Below, piece after piece: positions 1-7,936 of a DNA stretch of 32,000 bases (the first letter of the stretch is position 1; each line of letters opens with the position of its first letter). A model generated the notes under the pieces. That model saw only the letters and a list, made by a program, of their open reading frames with translations. It was not told the origin of the DNA and did no database searches. This DNA is from Pseudoalteromonas translucida KMM 520 (lineage in GTDB: Bacteria; Pseudomonadota; Gammaproteobacteria; Enterobacterales; Alteromonadaceae), in contig NZ_CP011034.1 in the NCBI RefSeq assembly GCF_001465295.1, positions 600,001-632,000 on the forward strand, given 5' to 3'. A program made the position numbers and the translations under genes.

Positions 1-903
1 TTTGCATGGTTGAAAGATGTTTCAAGTGTGCCATTGCAGCAAGCATTAAAGCACCTAGATAAAGGCTTTAAATCATTCTTTAAGTCAGGCTTTGGCTACC
101 CTAAGTTTAAAAATAAACATGGTAATCAATCAGTAAGCTATATGAGTAACGGCTTTAAGTGGGAGGCTGATAAGCAATCGTTAACACTTGCTAAGATGAA
201 GCAGCCATTAAAAATCAAGTGGTCACGCTCATTTACTGGTAAGCCTAGTTCGCTGACTGTATCTAAAACTAAATCAGGTAAGTACTTCATTAGTATCTTA
301 GTTAAAGAAGATATTAAAAAACTACCAGTAGCTAATAAAACGGTAGGCGTAGACGTTGGCATTAAAGATCTTGCTATCTGTTCGGATGGCACTAAGTTCA
401 ATAATCCACGATTAACAAACAAGTACGCTAGCAAGCTAGCCAAAGCACAACGTAAACTAGCCAAGAAGAAAAAAGGCTCCAACAACTTCAACAAGCAAAA
501 ACGTGTTGTTGCTCGAATTCACGAAAAGATAGCAAACTCACGCAAAGACTTTACCCAAAAAATGACAACGAAACTTGTAAACGAAAACCAAGTGATAGGG
601 ATCGAGTCATTGAAAGTCAAAAACATGGTTAAGAACCGTAAGCTATCTAAGCATATCCACGATGCTAATTTTGGTGAAATAGTAAGACAGTTAGAATATA
701 AAGCCGATTGGTATGGCCGTAAAGTGTCAGCTATTAGCCAGTGGTTTCCATCAAGTAAAATGTGTAATGAGTGCGGTTCGCTGTATTCTGGTAAATGGTC
801 ATTAGCTATAAGAACGTGGTCTTGTGAATGTGGAGCTATTCACGATAGAGATCATAATGCTGCTATTAATATCCATAATGAGGGGTTAAGGCTAATAGCT
901 TAA
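1..903 (+). CDS. tnpB: IS200/IS605-family TnpB (OrfB) RNA-guided endonuclease, 5'-truncated by the window edge
   Basis: The frame is open from nt 1 (F-A-W precedes the first residue in the track), so the gene starts upstream of the window. RuvC-like motifs occur in canonical order: VGVDVGIKD (Asp), IGIESLKVKNM (Glu), HDRDHNAAINI (Asp). A zinc finger CNECGS...CECGAIH sits between the last two. Confidence 0.9.
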   Translation, partial: FAWLKDVSSVPLQQALKHLDKGFKSFFKSGFGYPKFKNKHGNQSVSYMSNGFKWEADKQSLTLAKMKQPLKIKWSRSFTGKPSSLTVSKTKSGKYFISILVKEDIKKLPVANKTVGVDVGIKDLAICSDGTKFNNPRLTNKYASKLAKAQRKLAKKKKGSNNFNKQKRVVARIHEKIANSRKDFTQKMTTKLVNENQVIGIESLKVKNMVKNRKLSKHIHDANFGEIVRQLEYKADWYGRKVSAISQWFPSSKMCNECGSLYSGKWSLAIRTWSCECGAIHDRDHNAAINIHNEGLRLIA

Positions 904-1036
904 ATAATTTGTGGCGGTAGGTAGTACCGACACATTAAATGCTTGTAAGAGGTTTTAGAAGTCTAAAGTGATCTAATATCACAATGCTTAAACCGTTGAC
1001 GACAAGAATCCCCTGATTTATCTAGGGGTACTTCAA
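1..1036 (+). mobile_element. Right-hand part of an IS200/IS605-family insertion sequence (tnpB plus right end); the left end lies outside the window
   Basis: The tnpB CDS is followed by about 130 nt of non-coding sequence with small hairpins, for example CCCCT(1010-1014)/AGGGG(1024-1028). A TCAA tetranucleotide follows at 1033-1036. By analogy with IS608, where a subterminal hairpin lies a few nt before a TCAA cleavage site, this is a plausible right-end boundary. The exact boundary is inference. Confidence 0.6.
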
Positions 1037-1056
1037 TGACTGTTTTTGTTACAGTA
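800..1056 (+). ncRNA. Candidate TnpB omega-RNA (reRNA) scaffold plus about 20-nt guide; ends are approximate
   Basis: Established architecture: omega-RNAs overlap the 3' end of tnpB, run through the right end, and read into flanking DNA as the guide. Here the region downstream of the stop codon (904-1036) is non-coding. It contains short stems at 915-919/925-929, 968-972/978-982 and 1010-1014/1024-1028. No covariance model could be run. Confidence 0.3.
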
Positions 1057-1087
1057 AGCTACTTGTAATTAAGTAAGGATAGCCGGC

Positions 1088-2058
1088 ATGCATGACACTC
1101 CTTTGGCAAAATATTTACCTAATGTTAGCAAGCTCATATTTGGTTGTATGGGACTTGGGGGAGGCTGGAATAAAGACCCCTTAACTAATCTCATACCCAG
1201 CAGGCCCATGCTTGTATAGATACAGCAATAGCCGGTGGCATTAATTTTTTTGATCACGCCGATATTTATACATTTGGTAAAGCTGAGCAGGTGTTTGGCC
1301 AAGTCCTTAAGCAGCGCCCAGAGCTGAGAGAGCAAATTTATATTCAGTCAAAGTGTGGAATTCGTTTTGCCGATGAGCAAGGGCCAAAGCGCTACGACTT
1401 ATCAAAGCAATGGATTGAGCAATCAGTAGAGGGCTCTCTTAAGCGGTTAAATACTGATTATTTAGATGTACTTATGCTGCACAGACCCGACCCTTTGATA
1501 CAAGTTGAAGAAGTAGCTCAGGTATTTAGTCGCTTAAAAGAAAGTGGCAAAGTACGTCATTTTGCGGTGTCTAATATGTCGCAGCAACAAATACAGTTTT
1601 TACAAACAGCCCTTGATATGCCCATAGTTGCCAACCAAATTGAAGCAAGCTTAAAGCAATCAGCCTGGGTTGATGAGGGGGTATATGTCGGTAACCGCGA
1701 TGGCAAAGACATTAACTTTACTCCCGGCTTTATAGAATATTGCACCGAGCAGGAAATACAAATTCAAAGCTGGGGTAGCTTATGCCAAGGATTATATTCA
1801 GGAAAACAGCTGCAAAATGCATCTCCAGCAGATATTAATACCGCTATATTAGTTAATAAGTTAGCGGCACTTTATAGCACGTCTGCCGAGGCCATTGTAT
1901 TGGCTTGGTTACTGCGCCATCCGGCATTAATTCAACCGGTAATAGGCACAACGAATGCTAAGCGACTTGCTGCATCGTGCAGCGCTGTAAATATAGAATT
2001 AACCCGAGAGCATTGGTATGCATTATATGTCAGCGCCAAAGGGCACGAGTTACCCTAA
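1088..2058 (+). pseudogene. YdhF-like aldo/keto reductase, interrupted by a 1-nt frameshift near 1187-1200
   Basis: ATG 1088 opens MHDTPLAKYLPNVSKLIFGCMGLGGGWNKDPLTN..., which stops at TAG 1217-1219. A different frame, open from 1189, reads SHTQQAHACIDTAIAGGINFFDHADIYTFGKAEQVFGQ and continues into the 1291..2058 track ORF (LMLHRPDPL, GKVRHFAVSN). Together the two pieces are collinear with the E. coli YdhF-type AKR fold. A sequencing error cannot be excluded. Confidence 0.6.
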
Positions 2059-2083
2059 TTCAGATCCCACTTAAGGTATTACT

Positions 2084-2260
2084 ATGAATATATTCGTTAT
2101 TTTAGTTAGCTTGTTTGTCGCTTTGTTAATATTAATTCCGTTATTAGAAAAATATCAAAGTAAAATAGGCTTAGATGGCGCTAAAAAATACAGTAAGTAT
2201 ATATGGCCACTGGTAATGTTATCGTTAGTGGTGCAGCTAATTTATGTGTTAATGAATTAG
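2084..2260 (+). CDS. Small hypothetical membrane protein (58 aa, two hydrophobic segments)
   Basis: ATG 2084 is preceded by AAGG at 2072-2075. Translation is MNIFVILVSLFVALLILIPLLEKYQSKIGLDGAKKYSKYIWPLVMLSLVVQLIYVLMN, with stop TAG at 2258-2260. It is below the size cutoff of the ORF track, and a terminator hairpin follows it. I recognise no homology. Confidence 0.4.
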   Translation: MNIFVILVSLFVALLILIPLLEKYQSKIGLDGAKKYSKYIWPLVMLSLVVQLIYVLMN

Positions 2261-2303
2261 TTTGCCTGCTTATTGTTCATAGGCAAAAAAATTATAGGCA
2301 CAA

Positions 2304-2337
2304 AAAAGCCTTTGCAAGTTACCTAGCAAAGGCTTTT
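2304..2337. terminator. Bidirectional rho-independent terminator between the convergent small ORF/AKR unit and mepM
   Basis: Perfect 12-bp stem AAAAGCCTTTGC (2304-2315) / GCAAAGGCTTTT (2326-2337) with a 10-nt loop. It is flanked by an A-run on the left and a T-run on the right. Confidence 0.75.
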
Positions 2338-2354
2338 TTAATAATGATTTAATA

Positions 2355-3668
2355 TTACTTAAGTGCTAACTGTAGCTCGCGGTTACGCTCTAACTGGGCA
2401 ATAAAGTTATCAGCAATAGGCTTAAACTTGGCAAGCTCTGCACGTGGCAGCGGCTCTGACTTAGGTAACTTAACGGTTTTAGGATTACGATGAACACCAT
2501 TAACTAAAAATTCATAGTGTAAGTGTGCACCGGTAACACGACCAGTAGAGCCAACAGTACCGAGTTGCTCACCTTGCTTAATTTTTTGCCCTGTTTTCAC
2601 TAGGCGTTTATTAAGGTGTAAGTACTTAGTTACGTACTGTGTGCCATGGCTAATAAATACATAGTTACCATTATATTTACTGTAACCCGATTTAATAACT
2701 TTACCGTTACCAGAGGCAACTACCGGCGTACCAGTTCGCGCCGCAAAGTCTATACCCCGATGTGCTCTAACTTGCCCCGTCACTGGGTGCAAACGTCGTG
2801 GGTTAAAGCTTGAGCTTATATATTTAAAGCTAACTGGTGCACGTAAAAATGCTTTTTTCATGCTGCGCCCTTCAGGAGTATAAAAACTACCGTCAGTGTG
2901 GCGAATCGCAGCATAGCGCTGGCCTTGGTTAACAAATTCAGCAGCAATAATTTTACCAGTACCAATAAACTCACCATCTACATAGTGAGATTCATAAATT
3001 AAACCAAACCCATCGCCTTTGCGAATATCGTTAGCAAAATCTACATCCCAACCAAATATGTCGGCAAAGTTCATTATTTGGCGTTCGCTTAAACCTGCAG
3101 CTATGGCTGAAGTCCAAAAGCTACTAGAAATTTCGCCGCCTACTGTTTTGGTTAGGGTTTCTATTTCTTTACTATCGATTGAAGTATCGTATTGTCCTTC
3201 ATCGTTTAAGGTAACAAATAAAGTATCTGTCTTTGAAATAACGTAACGCAGTTGTGCTAAATCACCATCTTTTGCGGTGGCAAAGCTCAGTGTTTCACCC
3301 GGGTGAATTTTAGTAAGTTTGCGAGTTTCTGCGTTAGTATTAATTAATTTATGTAACGTTTGAGCTGAAAAACCAGCACGTTTAAAAATAATAGCTAAGT
3401 TATCACCATTTTTTACTTGGTGATCAACAAAATCGTATTCTGGCAGCTTGTCTGCTGCTTGCTCTGAGTTTAACGCTGTTAACTTTTCGTTGTCATCAAC
3501 TTTAACTTGTAACTCATAGCGCTTGCCAATTTCTAGAGTGTTTTCACTATTGTCTTTGGATGCAGTGGCTTTTTCAGAAGGAAGAAAAGCTAAGCCAGCA
3601 ATAGCAGAAACTAAGCCTAAAATAAGCAATTTGTGTTTTTTGGGGAGCGTGTGAACCACGTGAACCAT
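2355..3668 (-). CDS. mepM: Murein DD-endopeptidase MepM/YebA-like, M23 (LytM) family, with N-terminal membrane anchor and OapA/LysM-like domain
   Basis: N-terminal hydrophobic segment LLILGLVSAIAGLAF. LysM/OapA-like segment HQVKNGDNLAIIFKRAGF. M23 zinc motifs HRGIDF and HLHYE. Collinear with E. coli MepM (FNPRR.HPVTG..HRG.DF...GSTGR.TG.HLHYE). Confidence 0.85.
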   Translation of the reverse strand: MVHVVHTLPKKHKLLILGLVSAIAGLAFLPSEKATASKDNSENTLEIGKRYELQVKVDDNEKLTALNSEQAADKLPEYDFVDHQVKNGDNLAIIFKRAGFSAQTLHKLINTNAETRKLTKIHPGETLSFATAKDGDLAQLRYVISKTDTLFVTLNDEGQYDTSIDSKEIETLTKTVGGEISSSFWTSAIAAGLSERQIMNFADIFGWDVDFANDIRKGDGFGLIYESHYVDGEFIGTGKIIAAEFVNQGQRYAAIRHTDGSFYTPEGRSMKKAFLRAPVSFKYISSSFNPRRLHPVTGQVRAHRGIDFAARTGTPVVASGNGKVIKSGYSKYNGNYVFISHGTQYVTKYLHLNKRLVKTGQKIKQGEQLGTVGSTGRVTGAHLHYEFLVNGVHRNPKTVKLPKSEPLPRAELAKFKPIADNFIAQLERNRELQLALK

Positions 3669-4171
3669 AACGTGCCTTTTTCTGCTGTCAAGAAAATTAA
3701 TCGATTATCTTGCAGGATATAACGAATAATGTACGAATACTAGTATTTTGTAGATTTAAACTAATGCTAAATTAAGCTAAAATCACAGGGCTTATAGGCA
3801 TCTTAGTATTAAAGTAGCTTATGATCTAGATGTTTTATTAATCTAGAACTAGTGTTGAACAGCGGTATTTTTAAGCAAAATAATAAAACAATGATGCATC
3901 ATCAACGTTAGTAATTTAAAAACCAAAGCTGCAGCTGTTTGTGTTGTTTTAAATGTGTTGCAAACAGTTATCCTTACTCGTTTATACAACTTAAGCTGCT
4001 TTGCCTTATTTAGTGACGCTATCGTTTAAAAAGTTGTTTTAATTAGGTAATAATTTGCTATCTTAGTTACATAGGTTTATTGACTCTAAAAGTGCTACTT
4101 ATCTAGTAATAAGCCGCGAGCATATTAATAATTAACCCCTTCGTTAACAGAATTTTTTGGAGTAACACACA

Positions 4172-5371
4172 GTGGATTTACAAACCGCTCTTGCAGAGAT
4201 AAAACGCGGTACAGAAGAGATATTAATTGAAGATGAGTTAGTTGAAAAATTAAAATCTGGAAAAAAACTAAAAATTAAAGCGGGCTTTGATCCAACCGCG
4301 CCTGATTTACACTTAGGTCACACGGTACTTATTAATAAAATGAAAACCTTTCAGGACTTAGGTCATGAGGTTGTATTTTTAATTGGTGACTTTACCGGCA
4401 TGATTGGCGACCCAACGGGTAAAAATGTAACACGTAAGCCGCTTACTCGCGAAGACGTGCTTGCTAATGCTGAGACTTATAAAGAGCAAGTATTTAAAAT
4501 TCTTGATCCGGCAAAAACCACGGTCGCATTTAATTCTACCTGGATGGAAAATTTAGGCGCAGCTGGAATGATCAAACTTGCAGCACGCCAAACAGTTGCG
4601 CGTATGTTAGAGCGCGATGATTTTAAAAAGCGTTACGCTAGTGGTCAGTCTATTGCTATTCATGAGTTTTTATATCCGTTAGTACAAGGTTGGGATTCGG
4701 TTGCACTTGAGGCTGATGTAGAGCTCGGTGGTACTGATCAACGCTTTAACCTGCTAATGGGTCGTGAGCTGCAAAAAGACGAAGGTCAAAAACCACAAAC
4801 AGTCATAATGACGCCGTTATTAGAGGGCACCGATGGGGTGCAAAAAATGTCTAAATCGTTGGGTAACTATATAGGTATTACCGATGCGCCTAACGATATG
4901 TTTGGTAAAATAATGTCGATTAGCGATGTGCTAATGTGGCGTTACTACGACTTATTAAGTGGGCTTTCGATTGCAGGTATTAACGCGCAAAAAGAGCGTG
5001 TAGAGCAAGGCACAAACCCGCGTGATATTAAAATTGAGTTAGCAAAAGAGCTTATTGCGCGCTTTCATAGTGAAGCTGATGCACAAGCAGCTCATGATGA
5101 CTTTATTCAGCGCTTTCAGAAAAAAGCCCTGCCAGATGAAATACCTGAACTCACAGTAACGATTGAGCAAGACAGCATTTTAATTGCTAACTTACTTAAA
5201 GAAGCTAACTTAGTTGCAAGTACATCAGAAGCAATGCGTATGATTAAGCAAGGTGCAGTTAAGCTCAACGGCGAAGATAAAATTACAGACACTAAACTTG
5301 AAATAGCAAAAGGCAGTACGGCTATTTACCAAGTAGGTAAGCGTAAGTTTGCAAATATTACTGTAGCGTAA
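4172..5371 (+). CDS. tyrS: Tyrosine--tRNA ligase (short, about 400-aa form with C-terminal S4-like domain)
   Basis: GTG start at 4172 with GGAG at 4159-4162. Class I signatures HLGH (PDLHLGHTV) and KMSKS (QKMSKSLGN). C-terminal S4-like RNA-binding segment ([15 protein letters not shown]). Confidence 0.92.
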   Translation: MDLQTALAEIKRGTEEILIEDELVEKLKSGKKLKIKAGFDPTAPDLHLGHTVLINKMKTFQDLGHEVVFLIGDFTGMIGDPTGKNVTRKPLTREDVLANAETYKEQVFKILDPAKTTVAFNSTWMENLGAAGMIKLAARQTVARMLERDDFKKRYASGQSIAIHEFLYPLVQGWDSVALEADVELGGTDQRFNLLMGRELQKDEGQKPQTVIMTPLLEGTDGVQKMSKSLGNYIGITDAPNDMFGKIMSISDVLMWRYYDLLSGLSIAGINAQKERVEQGTNPRDIKIELAKELIARFHSEADAQAAHDDFIQRFQKKALPDEIPELTVTIEQDSILIANLLKEANLVASTSEAMRMIKQGAVKLNGEDKITDTKLEIAKGSTAIYQVGKRKFANITVA

Positions 5372-5390
5372 AGCTAAACAGTAAAATACT

Positions 5391-5417
5391 AAAAACCAGC
5401 CACGGCTGGTTTTTTTG
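5391..5417. terminator. Rho-independent terminator shared by tyrS (+) and the convergent CobD-like gene (-)
   Basis: AAAAA-CCAGC-CACG-GCTGG-TTTTTTT. The stem is CCAGC/GCTGG (5396-5400 / 5405-5409), with an A-run 5' and a T-run 3', so it reads as a terminator on both strands. Confidence 0.75.
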
Positions 5418-5465
5418 TGCTTATATTTTAGTGTTCACAATAATAGGTGTGTAACTCGCCCTTAG

Positions 5466-6410
5466 CTAAATGCTTTTTAGTATTTCTATGCAAACAACGA
5501 CCAGTAACCAAAATACCCGCGCTTGATTTAGTCTATTAATAATAACCGGCACGTCCTCAGCAATAGGAAGGCGTTCGGTGCCAATACGCATTTTGTTAAA
5601 ACGTTCGCCAAAATACACTGCAGGCCCGCCTAGCTGTACGCCTAATGATGCAGAGCAAGTGCTTAAAAGCCATCCTGTATTAGTTTGATAAAAGTGTCGG
5701 CCGTAATGCTTTATATAATGCATGCTTAGCTTGCTCGCTTTACTGGCTGCAATAGTCAGTGCCAATAAGCGCATAGGAATAAATTCAATAATAAACAAGG
5801 TAATTTTAAGCGGCTTTAAAAAAGGACTGTTGGGTTTAATATTACTGCGCCATGCCTGCTCAATTAAAGTAAGTAATCGATAGGCAAGCGCTGCTATAGG
5901 GCCAAGTACTAAAAAAACAAATATCACCACAAAGTAATATCGCGCAGTACGTAATATTAGGCTCTCTATTAAGGCTTTAATTATGCCTGCGGCAGAGAGT
6001 TTAGTAACGTCTCGGGCTACTAATGGCTTTAATAGCTCGCGGGCGGCAGATTTTTGATTTTGTTTGGTAAGCTTTGCAATACGTAGTGCTTTTTTATCAA
6101 TAGCTTTACTCTCAAGGCATAAATATAAAATAAGCCCGGCGAGTAATTCAGGGTAAAATGCAAATTCTAGTAGCAATACAATAATAATAAGTATCACACT
6201 TAAAATAAGTGTACTGGCAAGGGTTGCGGCTAAATATTGATAGCTATTAGGTTCTGCTGCTTTATAAATACGCTTACCAATAGCGCTAAAAATAGCCGTT
6301 AAAGCGGTATTCGGATGATACCAACTAACAAGTGGTAAAAAGCGCTCAGCAAGGAGCGCAATTATAAATACAATAAAGTCCAAGTGATTTTGAACCATAT
6401 TGCTGAGCAT
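5466..6410 (-). CDS. CobD/CbiB-family integral membrane protein
   Basis: Polytopic hydrophobic protein. The C-terminal block SLGVQLGGPAVYFGERFNKMRIG is collinear with the Salmonella/E. coli CbiB block ALGIQLGGPNNYFGERVDKPWIG. The N-terminus AERFLP...YHPNTALTAIFSAIGKRI resembles the CbiB HPVxxIG motif region. Its ATG (6408-6410) directly abuts the mtnN stop (6411-6413). Confidence 0.7.
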   Translation of the reverse strand: MLSNMVQNHLDFIVFIIALLAERFLPLVSWYHPNTALTAIFSAIGKRIYKAAEPNSYQYLAATLASTLILSVILIIIVLLLEFAFYPELLAGLILYLCLESKAIDKKALRIAKLTKQNQKSAARELLKPLVARDVTKLSAAGIIKALIESLILRTARYYFVVIFVFLVLGPIAALAYRLLTLIEQAWRSNIKPNSPFLKPLKITLFIIEFIPMRLLALTIAASKASKLSMHYIKHYGRHFYQTNTGWLLSTCSASLGVQLGGPAVYFGERFNKMRIGTERLPIAEDVPVIINRLNQARVFWLLVVVCIEILKSI

Positions 6411-7118
6411 TTACAGTGAAACTGCCGTTAGCTTTTCAAGTAACGCCACTACCATTTTAGATGAATTGATTGATGCTGTTTCTAGGTATTCTTCAAACGA
6501 CTGCGGCGACTCTTTGCCGGCAATATCTGACATAGAGCGAATAACCACAAACGGCGTATTAAGTGTATGACAGGTTTGCGCAATTGATGCGCCTTCCATT
6601 TCTACTGCAAGCATTGTGGGAAAGTCGCTACGAGCTTTTTCAATACGTATTGGGTCACACATAAATATGTCGCCGGTACAAATTAAACCAACTAAGGTTT
6701 TTACGTCGCTAATTTGCGCAATAGTTTGCTCTGCGGCAGCCACTAATTTAGGGTGTGCTGCAAAACCTGCTGGCATTTGTGGTACTTGACCTATTTCGTA
6801 ACCAAAAGCAGTTACATCAACATCATGATGACGAACTTCTGACGAAATAACTACATCGCCCACATTTAATGACGGATCAAAGCCGCCTGCAGAGCCAGTG
6901 TTAATTACGCAATCAGGGGCAAAGTTGTCAATAAGTAATGTAGTTGCAATAGTTGATGCTACTTTACCAATACCAGATTGAACCAATGTTACTGTGTTAC
7001 CCGCTAATTCACCGGTATAAAAAGTAAAACCAGCTTTAGTTAAAGTTTGTGGGTTTTGCATTGCTTCGCGCAAAATTTTAACTTCTGGCTCCATTGCGCC
7101 AATAATACCAACATTCAT
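6411..7118 (-). CDS. mtnN: 5'-methylthioadenosine/S-adenosylhomocysteine nucleosidase
   Basis: [17 protein letters not shown]...GIGKVAS...INTGSAGG...[10 protein letters not shown] is collinear with E. coli Pfs/MtnN (MKIGIIGAMEEEV...). The start is placed at ATG 7118 (residue 21 of the track ORF) to match the orthologue N-terminus and length (235 aa). Confidence 0.92.
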   Translation of the reverse strand: MNVGIIGAMEPEVKILREAMQNPQTLTKAGFTFYTGELAGNTVTLVQSGIGKVASTIATTLLIDNFAPDCVINTGSAGGFDPSLNVGDVVISSEVRHHDVDVTAFGYEIGQVPQMPAGFAAHPKLVAAAEQTIAQISDVKTLVGLICTGDIFMCDPIRIEKARSDFPTMLAVEMEGASIAQTCHTLNTPFVVIRSMSDIAGKESPQSFEEYLETASINSSKMVVALLEKLTAVSL

Positions 7119-7170
7119 AGTGTTAAGTTCCTGAGTTTGAATGCGCTGATTATACGTGAAGTTAGCGCTA

Positions 7171-7211
7171 AAAAACAAAAAAGCGAGCAGTTTTACTTTG
7201 CTCGCTTTTTA
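7171..7211 (-). terminator. Rho-independent terminator downstream of the DUF2726 gene
   Basis: Stem AGCGAGCA (7182-7189) / TGCTCGCT (7199-7206) with a 9-nt loop. On the minus strand the hairpin is followed by TTTTTTGTTTTTT. Confidence 0.75.
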
Positions 7212-7225
7212 TTATGTTATTTACG

Positions 7226-7822
7226 TTAAATTTCGGCTAGTGCTGTAGAGTGCGCTTTAGCTTGAGAAGGTGATAGTACCGCTGGTTTTTGAACTCGGGT
7301 ACGAATAGGGCGAGCTGTTTGCGCAGCCGCAGGTTTACCGAGTTTAAACATAATAGCGTCGCGAACTTCACTTGGGCGATAGCCTGATTTTACTTTCATA
7401 CGAATATGCGGGATGCCAGCGGCCTCTAATGCGCCATTAACAAACCAGTCGCGTTGTGCTTTATGGCCATCTTTATTGGCATTGTTTACTAAGTCTACGG
7501 CTGCCACTATGGTCATTTTTTCTTTATCGACTAGCACAAAATCAAGCTGTTTATTTTTAGCTTTAGCCATTGCGGCACGCTTAGACTTTGCCGATAAACC
7601 TTGTTTGCAATCAATCACGTCGATTAGTTTTACACGACTAACAATTTTATACTGATCGCCCACTGCGCGCTCTAATAAATTTAAAAAAGCACTTTCTACT
7701 TGGGTAAATACATTTTGCTTGCGGGTAAAAGGATAAGGGTTTCCGCCATCATCGTTAAACTTTGACGCAACAACAGAGGCCCCAACAACTAATACTAAAA
7801 TTGATAATAAAGCGAATTCCAT
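7226..7822 (-). CDS. DUF2726-like membrane-anchored protein (nuclease-fold family, function unknown)
   Basis: The start is placed at ATG 7822, with GGAG 7 nt upstream at 7830-7833. N-terminal TM segment MEFALLSILVLVVGASVVA. The core FLNLLERAVGDQYKIVSRVKLIDVI...QLDFVLVDKEKMTIVAAVDL...IPHIRMK matches my recollection of the DUF2726 family. The family assignment is from memory, not from a search. Confidence 0.6.
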   Translation of the reverse strand: MEFALLSILVLVVGASVVASKFNDDGGNPYPFTRKQNVFTQVESAFLNLLERAVGDQYKIVSRVKLIDVIDCKQGLSAKSKRAAMAKAKNKQLDFVLVDKEKMTIVAAVDLVNNANKDGHKAQRDWFVNGALEAAGIPHIRMKVKSGYRPSEVRDAIMFKLGKPAAAQTARPIRTRVQKPAVLSPSQAKAHSTALAEI

Positions 7823-7936
7823 ACGGTAACTCCATAACAACAAATTGACACTGCTTAAATAAAGCAATTAACGTGCCTAAATTAGTTGGTTAGTAGTATA
7901 TTTCCGTATGGATATTGATCACCGCAAAATATGCAC

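Noticed and set aside
1049-1052. TTAC tetranucleotide just right of the proposed IS end, considered as a possible IS608-type target or TAM
   Set aside because: In IS608-type elements the TTAC target flanks the left end, not the right end. The left end is outside this window, so nothing can be concluded.
3669-4171. Possible T-box riboswitch leader for tyrS
   Set aside because: T-box leaders are a Firmicutes or Actinobacteria feature. I found no specifier-loop or T-box consensus (AAnnnGGGTGGTACCGCG-like) and no terminator/antiterminator pair before the GTG start.
7119-7178. 20-codon N-terminal extension of mtnN in the track ORF ([20 protein letters not shown])
   Set aside because: The orthologue N-terminus (MxIGIIGAMExE) begins at ATG 7118. 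The extension overlaps the upstream terminator region.
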